64,000 bases of DNA from Spirochaetia bacterium (GTDB lineage Bacteria > Spirochaetota > Spirochaetia > SZUA-6 > Bin103): the NCBI GenBank assembly GCA_965203905.1, contig CBDBDQ010000005.1, positions 864,001-928,000 on the forward strand, written 5' to 3'. The notes below the pieces were generated by a model. The model did no database searches. It was given only the letters and a program-made list of their open reading frames with translations, and was not told the DNA's origin. This document shows positions 32,899-42,934 of this stretch, in pieces (positions within the stretch are counted from its first letter, which is position 1; each line of letters starts with the position of its first letter). The position numbers were made by a program, and so were the translations under genes.

Positions 32899-33727
32899 GT
32901 TCAGGCACCCCCAGAGCATTCGCCATCGGCTGGCGAACTGATACTTCAGTTACATCCCCGGCTGAGCGAACACGAACCAAACCAATGGTCTCCGCCCGTC
33001 GCAACGCGTCGAGCGCCCGTTCGGGTCCGAGGTCCATGGCTCCGATCCAGCCCGAGCTTAGAATCGCTGGTCCTCCGAAACCGGAGGCTGTCGCGACTAG
33101 CGCCGCAAGAGCGACCAACGCTGGTGTGGGCGTCACCCGCTGTCGCATTTTTTTTACGGCTCCGTTCAGATGTCCACTTTGAGTCCATGATGAAGCACAG
33201 TTCTGAGCAAGCGACCGCAGCATCTTCTCACTGAACCGTTCGGGGAATACGGCGACCAGTGCATCTTGAAGACTCGGATGTTGCAGACGTTGTCCCACTG
33301 CACCGGACATAATCGCAGGGGCGGTTTCTCTCAATAGTGGATCACGAGCCAAGGCGACGAGTAAAGCCTGTAAGCGCCGACTCTGTACGTCGATTGTCCA
33401 CATCTTTAAGAACGCTTTAGTCAAGGGAGGCTGATCTAGAAGCCCGTACAAATACGCCAGTTGTTTGAACGTCAGCCGTCTTGTGCTACTGGTCGCCTTG
33501 CCGATTGCGTTTTCATCGATCGCAGCCGTCCGGAATTCCTGAGGCGTTGTTGCTCCCGTACTAATCAAAGCTTCCAGCTCTCCAAACATCATGGTCTTGG
33601 ATTGATGAGTGCCGCCACCGGACAGCTTCATGCCGAACGCACAGAGCTTGTGGGCGTCGGCCCGCAGGCCCCACCAAAGTGATTCCCTTGGTTCGGCGAT
33701 TGTGTACGATTCTTTCTTTCTCTCCAT
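32885..33727 (-). CDS. brxA: BrxA-like first gene of the BREX operon
   Basis: GTHQSKTMM, ENAIGKATSSTR, SSWTQSGHL; position in the operon. Confidence 0.75.
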   Translation of the reverse strand: MERKKESYTIAEPRESLWWGLRADAHKLCAFGMKLSGGGTHQSKTMMFGELEALISTGATTPQEFRTAAIDENAIGKATSSTRRLTFKQLAYLYGLLDQPPLTKAFLKMWTIDVQSRRLQALLVALARDPLLRETAPAIMSGAVGQRLQHPSLQDALVAVFPERFSEKMLRSLAQNCASSWTQSGHLNGAVKKMRQRVTPTPALVALAALVATASGFGGPAILSSGWIGAMDLGPERALDALRRAETIGLVRVRSAGDVTEVSVRQPMANALGVPELEHI

Positions 33728-34126
33728 ATCCAGTCTCGTTCAGAATCGGGAGAACTAAAAGAGTAGCTTCTCTCTCATGGCGACCGCTTATGGACGTTAG
33801 GTGAGTTGCCCACTGTCTACCCAAGAGTCCCAGAATGAGAATCCCGTGGTGGCGAACTGAACTAACCCGTCGAGTCTGGAGCTACGAGACTCACGGTCAG
33901 GTCCATGGCCTTGCGGTGCGATATCGGTCATCGCATCCTCAGCTTTTCTCTTGGAGTCACTGAGTCCGGCATCAGCTTGCACGGGTGTGATGCACTTTCC
34001 ATCGCCATTTGTCAACCTGCCGCAGGGGAAGGGGAAGGAAAAAGGATGAAAGAGAGGCCCAGCAGGGTCCTCGCAACAGAGCGATCGAGGGCCGGGTGGC
34101 GACCGTTACCGGGCAGCCTCTGCGGC

Positions 34127-35299
34127 CTAGTCGGCCGTCAGTGCGGCTGCGGCAGTGGTTATGCGCTCGATGATCCGGGCCACTTCATCGTCCGAGAAGT
34201 CGGGATGGGTTGTCAGGCACACGGTCCTGCCCAGAATCTCCAGCGACTGCTTGCACATCTCCGTCGAGTAGTTCATCCGGCAGCCCCGGTTCTGCTCCAG
34301 CGCGAACGGATTCACCGCCGCGTGGTGGGCGCCGCGGTGCTCCAGCACCGGGTCCCACTCGGTGTACACGTGACGCCCGGTCTTCAGCGCGACCCAGCCA
34401 CCGCTCTTCTCGGCCAGCGCATCGGCTGCCGCCGCGGTCGGCAGCAGGAAGGCGACGTGCGTGCCGCACTCCCACGCCGGGCTGTTGCCGGGACTCGGCG
34501 TCAGGCCGCAAGCCGCAGTCTCCGTGAGGATCCTGCTCTTCTGCGCCCGCATGGTGGCGATCATATCGTCGATCCGGTCGAGCTGGCAGTTCATGATCGC
34601 GCCTTCGATCTCCGATGCGCGCGCCCCGTTCGCCAGGTAGCCGGCGAAGCTCTCCTTGCGGCCGTCCCAGTAGAAGCGGCAGGGGTCGATCGCGCACTCG
34701 ATGCGCTCGGCGAAGGCGTCGTCGTCGGTTACCAACGCGCCCCCTTCGCCGCAGCTCATGTTCTTGTAGTGGTTGAAGCTGAAGGCGCCGATGTGGCCGA
34801 TCGAGCCGAGCATCCTGCCCTCGTAGGCACCCCCGACGCCCTGGCAGGCGTCCTCGATCACCAGCAGGTCGCGCTGGGCGGCGATCGCCATGATCGAGTC
34901 CATGTCGCAGGGCAGGCCCCACATGTGGACCGGGATCACCGCCCGGGTGCGCGGCCCGATGGCATCCCGCAAGGCGGCGGGGCTCATTCCGATGCTCTCG
35001 TCGATATCGACGATCACGGGGATCGCGCCGGCGGCGAGCACCGATCCGGGCGTGGCCATGTAGGTGCAGGCCGGGACGATCACCTCGTCGCCGGGGCCGA
35101 TGCCCGCCCCCATGAGCGCGGCGGTCAGCGCATTGCAGCCGCTCGCCGTCATCAGGCAGTGGCGTACGCCGAGTCGCTGTGCATAGCGCGTCTCGAAGAG
35201 CTTGCACTCCCCGGCCCCGGCCTCCAGGTAGCGGAACAGCCTCCTGGTCACGAAGACGCCGGCTATCCGATCCAGTTCTGGTTGCCCGATTCTATACAT
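34127..35299 (-). CDS. DegT/DnrJ/EryC1/StrS PLP aminotransferase
   Basis: GPGDEVIVP, PVHMWG, IEDACQ, FSFNHYKNMSCGEGG; GGAG upstream. Confidence 0.93.
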   Translation of the reverse strand: MYRIGQPELDRIAGVFVTRRLFRYLEAGAGECKLFETRYAQRLGVRHCLMTASGCNALTAALMGAGIGPGDEVIVPACTYMATPGSVLAAGAIPVIVDIDESIGMSPAALRDAIGPRTRAVIPVHMWGLPCDMDSIMAIAAQRDLLVIEDACQGVGGAYEGRMLGSIGHIGAFSFNHYKNMSCGEGGALVTDDDAFAERIECAIDPCRFYWDGRKESFAGYLANGARASEIEGAIMNCQLDRIDDMIATMRAQKSRILTETAACGLTPSPGNSPAWECGTHVAFLLPTAAAADALAEKSGGWVALKTGRHVYTEWDPVLEHRGAHHAAVNPFALEQNRGCRMNYSTEMCKQSLEILGRTVCLTTHPDFSDDEVARIIERITTAAAALTAD

Positions 35300-35619
35300 G
35301 AGGTGCGCTCACCCTCCTTGCTCCGCGCAATCAGTTGGAGACGACCACCGCACAACAGCAGGATCGGAACTCCTAGGCGATCTCGAAGGAACGCTACCCC
35401 AAATACGAGAATGACACCGTACGTGCCCCTTTCCCGACTGACTGGGACGGGTTCCTGGACCCATGTCATCCTGTGCACCACCGATCCAGCGACTGCTTCC
35501 ACACTATGCGCCGAACATGAACCCCTGCTGACAGCACGATACCCACTCTGCTTGCGCCCGAGGCTCCCTGCTGTCGGCACGCAAGACCCAAGTCTCGGTA
35601 GCCCAGTTGCCCTCGAAAA

Positions 35620-37047
35620 TCACGTACTGGCGTCATAAAATGCTCGGACACCATCGAGTAAGGCAAGGGCACGTTCCTTCCTTGTATCCTCATACTTCAA
35701 CTGCCGCACTAGATACGCGTAAGCCGACGCTGCGACCTCCCTCTTTCCTGCAGCTACACTCAGTGCCCACGCACGACACTCTCGAACGAACTGCGCGAAA
35801 GGGCATTCCTTCACATAGACCTCGACATCTCCCCATGCATGTGCGTCCTCCGTACTAGGCCATGCGTCAATCGATCCTGGGCCATCCGGATGAAACAGGA
35901 CACTGAGTTCAAGCGTGATCGGATCCATGCTCGCGGCGCCAGCCCCGACGTCGCTATAGTCAATAAGAGCTATACCGTTCCGAGAAACAAGTATGTTCTT
36001 TCCGTGAAGATCGCCATGGCCACACGCCCACCGCGCCTGAATTTGCCGACTCTCAAAGTCCCGAACCCACCGCAGATCGAAATCTCGTACGACACCACCG
36101 AGTGCTTGGTCGTCTACGACTCGGTGACGTAGGACCCCAATACTTTTCCTGGTCTCTGGCACACCGTTGTTCCACGGTAACGTGACAGACTTCAAACACC
36201 GAACGACAAATGCCGACCGTTCAGAATCACCTACGACATCGAACGCAGAGTCGTCGAACCCTTCCGCCAGTCCGAAAAATATGCCTGCCAACCTACAGGC
36301 ACCAAATTCCAAAGTCGCCAACTTTCTCGGAGTTGCCGCTGGACCCAAACGAGCGATATACTCGTCGTAACGGTCCCCCTCTCTTCTAATGTCAGCATGC
36401 GTCGAGAGCTTGGCAACGGCGTCGTGTACCTGCACTCCTTGTGTATCGGTGACTCGAAGCCTGATGATCCTGGCGCCTGATAGGCCGTTGTTCAGACCAG
36501 ACACGACACACCTTACCCCTTGAAATCTCCGAGCGAATATCCTGATTAGGCGATCCTCAGGTTCGCTAAGCTCAATCTCATTTCGCTCCAGTTCGACGTC
36601 TGACAGACCTTCGATTGCTCTTGCTATTGGCTCTACAAACTCGAGACATCGGTCGATCTCATACTTCTTCAGAAATAGTACGGTCCCGCTCTTTTTTCCC
36701 GCGCCCCAGATATCGATCTGTTGTACGTGTTTTAGGACCAAGTCAGAAAGAAATGCCTCAGCTGGTGAACCAGTAATTACGAATATCGGTGTACCAGGAG
36801 CAAGAACTCGAACCCGGTTGAAAACGGCGTGCCCATGTTCGGGATCTTCGTCGAGCGCGCCGTTGACGGTTGGGATCTTCAGATCCAGAATCACCAGATC
36901 CGAAAACCCTTCTTGAAGCATATTGAAGGCTTCGTCGCGGCTGCCGGCTACGCGGATATCGCTGTTGCAAGACAAACTCGAAATAATCAGGCGCAGCTCG
37001 TCCACGAAGTCCGTGTCATCCTCAATGATAAGTATATGAAGTATCAT
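35620..37047 (-). CDS. Receiver domain fused to an APH/protein-kinase-like phosphotransferase (TCAD9-like)
   Basis: IIEDD, ILDL, ITG, FLKK in the receiver; GLSGA, VAKL, HGDLHGKNILV, LIDY in the kinase. Confidence 0.85.
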   Translation of the reverse strand: MILHILIIEDDTDFVDELRLIISSLSCNSDIRVAGSRDEAFNMLQEGFSDLVILDLKIPTVNGALDEDPEHGHAVFNRVRVLAPGTPIFVITGSPAEAFLSDLVLKHVQQIDIWGAGKKSGTVLFLKKYEIDRCLEFVEPIARAIEGLSDVELERNEIELSEPEDRLIRIFARRFQGVRCVVSGLNNGLSGARIIRLRVTDTQGVQVHDAVAKLSTHADIRREGDRYDEYIARLGPAATPRKLATLEFGACRLAGIFFGLAEGFDDSAFDVVGDSERSAFVVRCLKSVTLPWNNGVPETRKSIGVLRHRVVDDQALGGVVRDFDLRWVRDFESRQIQARWACGHGDLHGKNILVSRNGIALIDYSDVGAGAASMDPITLELSVLFHPDGPGSIDAWPSTEDAHAWGDVEVYVKECPFAQFVRECRAWALSVAAGKREVAASAYAYLVRQLKYEDTRKERALALLDGVRAFYDAST

Positions 37048-37928
37048 CTATCCCATCGAATCTCGAAGCGGGTACCGCCCTCCATGCCGGGTTGTAGAGT
37101 ACAGACACCGCCCAGAGTCTCGATAGCCTGTCGCGCAATCGTAAGGCCAAATCCTCTATGATCCTTCTTTGTAGTTCTACCGATACCGAATGCAGACTCG
37201 GCAGACCCAACCACACCTGGTCCGCGATCGAGAACCGAAATCCAGTAGTCGACATCGGTCTCGCCCCAAGTTATCACAATAGGATGTGGGGCTATCCGCT
37301 TAGAAGACAATACGGCTTCGACAGAGTTACGAATACCGTTACAAATTGCTAGCCGAATAAGCGCGGGATCGGAGACGATCGGCATCGGCTTTGTGCCGTA
37401 CAAAGAGACTTCGACTTGATGATCTCCGAGTTCGGCTTTCACGGTGTCGATAAGCAACTCGGCCAAGTCGAATTCTTCCGGTCTCGGAGCGGCGGAGGCG
37501 GACTTCAATTGCTCTATTGCCGCAAAAACGCGCTTCAGGTTCTCGACAAACCGCCTCGTCGTAGAGCTCTCGTAGTTCGGAACCTCTCGCTTGGCTGATG
37601 CTGCGATCAGACCAACGGGTGACGCGATTTCGTGGAGAACGAGCCCAGTGATCTCTTCAGTGACTTCACCTCGTATGTGTTTCGTTACATGTGACGGAAC
37701 ATCGTACTCGTCATCTGTGGCAACTGACTTGAGCGGTGCTGAATCGGATGCGCGGCGAATTGCGAACTTAAGAGCTCTACGCACGTATGAGACGGGCTCT
37801 ACGTGCAAAGCCTCGCGCAAGAAAACGAGATCTACAACGCTGGCGTGTCGAGCCAGATAACGAGCAGCAGTCAACCGCTCATGAGCAGCGTCGGAGTTAA
37901 GTGCTATCTGCGCGGTCTCTCGTGTCAT
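37044..37928 (-). CDS. Soluble histidine kinase with N-terminal HEAT-like repeat
   Basis: H-box LHEIASP, N-box NGIRNSVEA, G1 DRGPG, G2 RGFGL; no TM segment. Confidence 0.88.
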   Translation of the reverse strand: MTRETAQIALNSDAAHERLTAARYLARHASVVDLVFLREALHVEPVSYVRRALKFAIRRASDSAPLKSVATDDEYDVPSHVTKHIRGEVTEEITGLVLHEIASPVGLIAASAKREVPNYESSTTRRFVENLKRVFAAIEQLKSASAAPRPEEFDLAELLIDTVKAELGDHQVEVSLYGTKPMPIVSDPALIRLAICNGIRNSVEAVLSSKRIAPHPIVITWGETDVDYWISVLDRGPGVVGSAESAFGIGRTTKKDHRGFGLTIARQAIETLGGVCTLQPGMEGGTRFEIRWDR

Positions 37929-39766
37929 TGTGGTCTGTTTTGGTTATAGAACTTTACCCTTCTTTCAAAGGCGTCGGCACCGCCCTCCATGACAGAAGTA
38001 ATTGCTTTGACTACCTGGGGATCTTCAAGCGGAGCCTCCAAGATGGAAAACCCGCGTCTACCGTCTGATCCGAGCTGTATGACCCGATCAGCGCTTCCCA
38101 GCACCGGGATATTCGCGTTATGGGTCGAAAAAATTAACTGACCCTGATTGCTTCGCCGGAGAACGGAGACTATAAGTGTGTCTGCGATAAACGCATTGTC
38201 GATATGATCCTCGGGCTGATCCACGATCACCACGCGGTCGGTATGCAAGAGCACCAGTGGGAGAACTACTGTACACCGTTGTCCAGTCGACAGCTCACCG
38301 AACCCCTTATAGCCGGCGCCATCGAGGAGCTGTAAAGCCACTGCATCCTCGACAGCGACGGTAGCTATCGTCCCCAAGTCCGCATCACGCAACTGCCCCA
38401 ACACGCGGGCCGCGCGCTCTCGTGTGATACCTGTCGTCTCGGCGATCAGGCCGAAGTCATTCGTATCCACCGCTTCTACCAGCTCCCGCGGACTGACGAT
38501 CGGTGCGACCACTAAAGAAAGTTCATTGTACCGTAGACCACTACCTCGCAGAGCTTCCGCTACCGCCGCAGCATAAGCTTCATACTGTCCTGCACGTAAG
38601 ACTTCAACTCGGACACTCGGACCAAGCGTCTCCGTGAGTCGCGCAGCAACACTGCTGCGAGTCCTAAATCGTTCTTCCCTAATGGACTCCAACCTATCTA
38701 ACGCCGCACTCCGCCGCTGAATAATTGAATCGAGCGCCATCTGACGATCCGCCAAAACGCCTTTGAGGGCTTCCAACTCGGCTCTTTGCTCGCGAAGCTG
38801 CTGGCCTCGACGCAGAATCACTCCGGTCCCGTCTTGTAGTGTGTCAATTGCCCTCCGTAATTGCCTAGCTCGTTCCTCAAGATCAATCTTGATGCTTGCC
38901 GAACCCTGTCGCGCCTTCTTTACCGAGGATTCCACGCTTTCTAGTTCAACAAGCACCCTATTCAGTTGATCTTTTGCGAGATCCACGCCCTGGCGAGATG
39001 ACTGAAGCGCATCCGGACCGGCTCCTCGCGGCCACGGATCGAATATAGGAACCGACGAAACAACCGCCGAAAGGGAAGCACGCCATTCAGTTACGGACCT
39101 AAGAAAACGATCAATCGCAGCAATTCTCACAGCAGCAGACGCGATTTTGTCAGAGATTGTGTCCAAGTGTCCCTTCTTTCCCTTTGTGTCCGCTTTGAAA
39201 TTGGCAAGTCTCTGTTCCTGCGGAACAAGATCAGCGATTTGTTTGTCCAGGGAAGGAATCTTCTCCAGCTGTGCCCGCATTCCATCGATCTCTCGTCGCA
39301 ATACCTTCGATTGAGTAGTAAGCGACCGCACTTCGGAAGCCGTTGCGGATTCTTGCACTCTCGTTTCGCGTTGGTCGCCACTGAACCCGTCGACAAGTCT
39401 GACCCTACCCTGAGCCTGCAGTCCTACGGCTTCGATTTCTGTCTGAGAAAAAATAATCGGATATGTATAGGGTCCCGTGGCGCGCTGCGAGTTATCGGCC
39501 GTGGTGCGTGTGACAAGAGTATCACGCTCACCATCGGTAAGCGTGATTGAAATCTGGCCACTCCCCAGCACTGAAATGGCGTGAGCGGTACTGCGCCTTG
39601 CCGACTCAGCAGTGTACCCTTGAACACCTAGACAGAAACGAATCAGCTCTATAAGGGACGTTTTGCCCGTCCCGCGCTCGCCAATTATAACGTTGAGTCC
39701 CTGAGCAAAGGAGATGTCCAGGCCGTCGAGGAATCCTTCCTCGACCTGTACGCGCTTAATCCGCAT
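37925..39766 (-). CDS. SMC-like coiled-coil ABC ATPase (TrlF/Ppl-type ATPase module without PHP domain)
   Basis: AGGAG RBS; GERGTGKT, FSQTE, long coiled coil, LSTGQ, IVDQPEDHIDN, STHNANIP. Confidence 0.88.
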   Translation of the reverse strand: MRIKRVQVEEGFLDGLDISFAQGLNVIIGERGTGKTSLIELIRFCLGVQGYTAESARRSTAHAISVLGSGQISITLTDGERDTLVTRTTADNSQRATGPYTYPIIFSQTEIEAVGLQAQGRVRLVDGFSGDQRETRVQESATASEVRSLTTQSKVLRREIDGMRAQLEKIPSLDKQIADLVPQEQRLANFKADTKGKKGHLDTISDKIASAAVRIAAIDRFLRSVTEWRASLSAVVSSVPIFDPWPRGAGPDALQSSRQGVDLAKDQLNRVLVELESVESSVKKARQGSASIKIDLEERARQLRRAIDTLQDGTGVILRRGQQLREQRAELEALKGVLADRQMALDSIIQRRSAALDRLESIREERFRTRSSVAARLTETLGPSVRVEVLRAGQYEAYAAAVAEALRGSGLRYNELSLVVAPIVSPRELVEAVDTNDFGLIAETTGITRERAARVLGQLRDADLGTIATVAVEDAVALQLLDGAGYKGFGELSTGQRCTVVLPLVLLHTDRVVIVDQPEDHIDNAFIADTLIVSVLRRSNQGQLIFSTHNANIPVLGSADRVIQLGSDGRRGFSILEAPLEDPQVVKAITSVMEGGADAFERRVKFYNQNRPQ

Positions 39767-40459
39767 TGCGAGTTCTCCTATTGGAGTCTGAGAGCGTAGC
39801 GTACCCATCCCTTATTAACAATGGCGCCACACCGCCGGAATACAGTTGTTTATTGCAATGATACTCTCGTCGTAAACGAGCCCGGCATAGTGTGTCCGAC
39901 TGAATTGCACTCAAGGACCGCTCTCCCCCCACCGCGTCCATGGCGGGTTTAGCCTGCTGCTGATCGACCACGTCATGGGTGTAGTCTGAGCGTGAGCCAG
40001 CCAGCCAGAAAAAGGAGAGTCCCTTTGTCACCGGCCCCGAGGGCAGCGTTCCCTCCTTCACACTCTTTGGTTCGTCCTTGACAGTACGGAGGGCAGAGAT
40101 CTCGGGCTACCACAGCTGCACGTACGAAGGGTAGCATAGACTCGGACTCCTACTCCATCCTCTCGGCGCTGACACGGGGCTGAGTGAGCGTAGTGGAGTT
40201 GCGTCGCACTGTAAGGCCGGTGCACACGTCATGCTCGAAGACAGCGTAGCAATGTCCTGCGGCTAGTTCGACCGCACGAGCCGGTCCTTTCAGTGGTGCG
40301 GTCGGGAATCAAGCGCAGATGGACTTCCGCCGCTCTGAAGGAGCTTGGAGGGCGGCAAGTGCGCGTGTTGCGCTTGGTGGTGATCCAGCGCAGGGCACCT
40401 CATGCACGCCCGCGGTTGGACTGGCCAACCGGAGCCGACAAACAGATCGGCCGCAACGA

Positions 40460-41659
40460 TTACCTTTCCCTGGCGATCTCGCCCGCGGGGCTGGCGTCGA
40501 GGGCGTACACCTGGCGCGAGCCCTCGTGCACCGAGTCGAAGGCGATCCAGCGGTCGTGCCGGTCCCAGCGCGGGTGCAGGTCGCAGCGCACGTCGCCGCG
40601 GGCGTAGGGAGGAGAGTAGAAGCGCCCCAGCACGGTCAGCCGCCGCTGCCGCCGGTCCCAGATCTGCAGGGTCTGCAGCCGCTGTGCGTCGGGGTAGGTG
40701 TCCACCAGCAGCCAGGCGCCGGCGCGGGCGAAGTTGCAGTGGCCGTCGACGGTGACCGCCTCCGGCGCTATCACCTCGGACTCCCGCGTCTCGACGTTGA
40801 ACAGGTAGAAGTGCTCGCCCTCCCCCACCAGGTCGGTCCATACCAGGAGCCGCTCGGGATCGAGCCAGTCGTGGTGCGAGACGTGGTAGTACGGGGTGAG
40901 GCAAGCCAGCTCGCTGCCGTCCAGGTTGGCGACGAAGAAGGCCGACGTGCGCACCCCCTGGCGCGGTCCGGCGGCGGGGTTGTAGCAGGCGTGCCACGAC
41001 ACCCGCGTGTCGTCGGTGTTCACGGTGGTGTGGTTGAACCACATCGAGCGGTCGCGCAGGTCGGCGTCGGGATTCAGCTCGAAGGCCTGCGCGAAGGAAA
41101 CCAGCAGTTCGCTGGCGCCGGTCTCGAGGTCGAGCAGGAACAGGCCGTCGTCTTCCGGGTGCGGCACGTCGATGTTGGGGTCGTCCACGCCGGCGTAGCC
41201 GACCACCCGCCGGCACTGGCGCATGCGCGCGTAGTTGAGCGAGAACGCCTTGCGGCCGTCGTTGGTGAGTCCGGCGACCGGCCGCGACAGCACCCGCTTC
41301 TCCCCCGAGAACACGTCCATGACGACCGACACGAAGCGATCGCCGTCGCGGTCGTTGTAGATGATCTTGCGGTCCGGGGCGGTGGGCAGCCAGTGCAGCA
41401 TACTGCCCTGCTGCAGGTTCCAGGCCTTGGTCTCGGTCAGCGGGTGGAAGCGCCGGGTCTCCCACTCCACCATGCCGATCACGGCGGTATCCCGCGCCGT
41501 GGGAAACCGGTCGTCGAAGTCGCTCTCCAGCGCCAGCACGTACTTGCCGGTGCTGTCCCAGGTCTGGATGTCGTAGTACCCGAAGAAGTGATGCCTGGGT
41601 CCCCGGGTCAGGGCAATCACCTCGAAGCCGTACTCGTTCCTCATCTTCACCCTCTCCAT
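40460..41659 (-). CDS. TolB/oligogalacturonate-lyase-like beta-propeller protein
   Basis: FFGYYD, WNLQQG, DTYPD, RCDLHPRW, FDSVHEG. Confidence 0.78.
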   Translation of the reverse strand: MERVKMRNEYGFEVIALTRGPRHHFFGYYDIQTWDSTGKYVLALESDFDDRFPTARDTAVIGMVEWETRRFHPLTETKAWNLQQGSMLHWLPTAPDRKIIYNDRDGDRFVSVVMDVFSGEKRVLSRPVAGLTNDGRKAFSLNYARMRQCRRVVGYAGVDDPNIDVPHPEDDGLFLLDLETGASELLVSFAQAFELNPDADLRDRSMWFNHTTVNTDDTRVSWHACYNPAAGPRQGVRTSAFFVANLDGSELACLTPYYHVSHHDWLDPERLLVWTDLVGEGEHFYLFNVETRESEVIAPEAVTVDGHCNFARAGAWLLVDTYPDAQRLQTLQIWDRRQRRLTVLGRFYSPPYARGDVRCDLHPRWDRHDRWIAFDSVHEGSRQVYALDASPAGEIARER

Positions 41660-41671
41660 TCACAGGCGGTG

Positions 41672-41719
41672 TCAGAGTTGTCCTCTGAGCTGTGTAGTAT
41701 CACTCACGATGCTGCGCAA
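41672..41719 (-). pseudogene. Possible stub of a PIN-domain partner gene
   Basis: TTG start overlapping the end of the IrrE gene reads MRSIVSDT, then diverges and stops. Confidence 0.45.
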
Positions 41720-42794
41720 CAGCCTGCCCAGGCCCCTTCAATCCTCGTGCGACCTGCTCTGGGGACTGGTGCAACAGCTCACAGGCTTTGCCTAAGGAGA
41801 TCAGACGCTCCGCCAGCGCCCAGTAGCAGAGCCGCTCAAACCGACGGGGCAGTTCATGACCACCTGCCGCGCCCAGCTCTTCAAGCGGTTCCGGTTCGCT
41901 GGACCGCCACTCCCGCGCAAAGGTCTGGAACGCGTACGCAAGCGTCGATGGATCGATCACCCCTACCTGCTTCAGACGCATCATCAGCGCTGCGGCACTC
42001 ACTCTGTACATCCATTTGAGTTGAATCAGTTCACGGTACCCGATCGCCTTGCGGCGGGTTCCAATCTCTCGCACGAGATGAGTGCGGGGCATCAGAAAGG
42101 CGCCTGCAAAGACATTCGCGGCACGTTCGTGGTGCACCGGCGAGTTCGCGTCAACCAAGTGGTGTGCCAGCTCGTGGGCAAGCGTCATACGCCGCCGTTC
42201 AAGCGTGACCTCCCGATTCACCACAATTACCGGCACCTTGCTACTCCGGAGCCGCCGGCGGACCAGGCAGGCTATTCCCGACACCCGCTGCGGCAAAGCG
42301 ATCACCAGTACCTTGACTCCGCGGTCTTCCAGTAGGGAAGTCATGTTCGGAATCGGGTCGACTCCGAGCCGCCATTCGTCGCGCATGTCATCTGCCACGA
42401 CCTCGCCGTCATCCACCTGTCCGAGGAAGCGACTCCCAAGTCGAGGCGTACGCCATGCGCCGTCATCCAGTCCCAGAATCTCCTCGATGGTCAGATACCG
42501 CTGCAAGCGATCTATCACTTCAGCTTCCACCCGTGCCCGGTCACGGGCCGACGTGCTCGAACGCTTGCGGAATGCCACCCCCTCCAGCTCCTCGACCTGT
42601 TCGCTCAGCAGGTATTGGAGGGAAACGCCCAGTACCCTTGTCAGCCGGTTCAGCACCCTGGAACTCGGCATCATCTCGCCGCGCTCGTATTTGCCGATGG
42701 CCTGAGCGGTGACTTCGCCGGCCAAGGCATCCGACAGGCCACGCAACGAGAAGCCGGCCTTCTTTCGGGCGAGTCTCAGGCGGTCTCCGAACAT
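41700..42794 (-). CDS. XRE HTH fused to ImmA/IrrE metallopeptidase
   Basis: RLRLARKKAGFSL..IGKYERG; RRMTLAHELAH; ANVFAGAFLMP. Confidence 0.92.
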   Translation of the reverse strand: MFGDRLRLARKKAGFSLRGLSDALAGEVTAQAIGKYERGEMMPSSRVLNRLTRVLGVSLQYLLSEQVEELEGVAFRKRSSTSARDRARVEAEVIDRLQRYLTIEEILGLDDGAWRTPRLGSRFLGQVDDGEVVADDMRDEWRLGVDPIPNMTSLLEDRGVKVLVIALPQRVSGIACLVRRRLRSSKVPVIVVNREVTLERRRMTLAHELAHHLVDANSPVHHERAANVFAGAFLMPRTHLVREIGTRRKAIGYRELIQLKWMYRVSAAALMMRLKQVGVIDPSTLAYAFQTFAREWRSSEPEPLEELGAAGGHELPRRFERLCYWALAERLISLGKACELLHQSPEQVARGLKGPGQAVAQHRE

Positions 42795-42824
42795 ATGCGC
42801 AACCTTACGTGGTACGCTTGATGC

Positions 42825-42862
42825 GGTTTACATTCTTGATGATCACATTGGAATCATAAACC
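42825..42862. promoter_or_regulatory. Imperfect inverted repeat, possible XRE operator
   Basis: GGTTTACATTC...GAATCATAAACC about 30 bp upstream of the XRE gene. Confidence 0.35.
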
Positions 42863-42934
42863 ATGCGGATCGAGGCTGCCAACATCCCGGGCAACGATCT
42901 CCCGGCAGGCCGTCTGCTCGGCACCGGGGCTCGC

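Noticed and set aside
33797-34015. 72-aa ORF and TTGACA upstream of brxA
   Set aside because: The ORF has no motif and the matching -10 element is weak.
39756-40300. 101-aa ORF and a BNR-like snippet (AVELAAGHCYAVF) upstream of the ATPase as a possible fourth gene
   Set aside because: No RBS or motif; probably decayed fragments.
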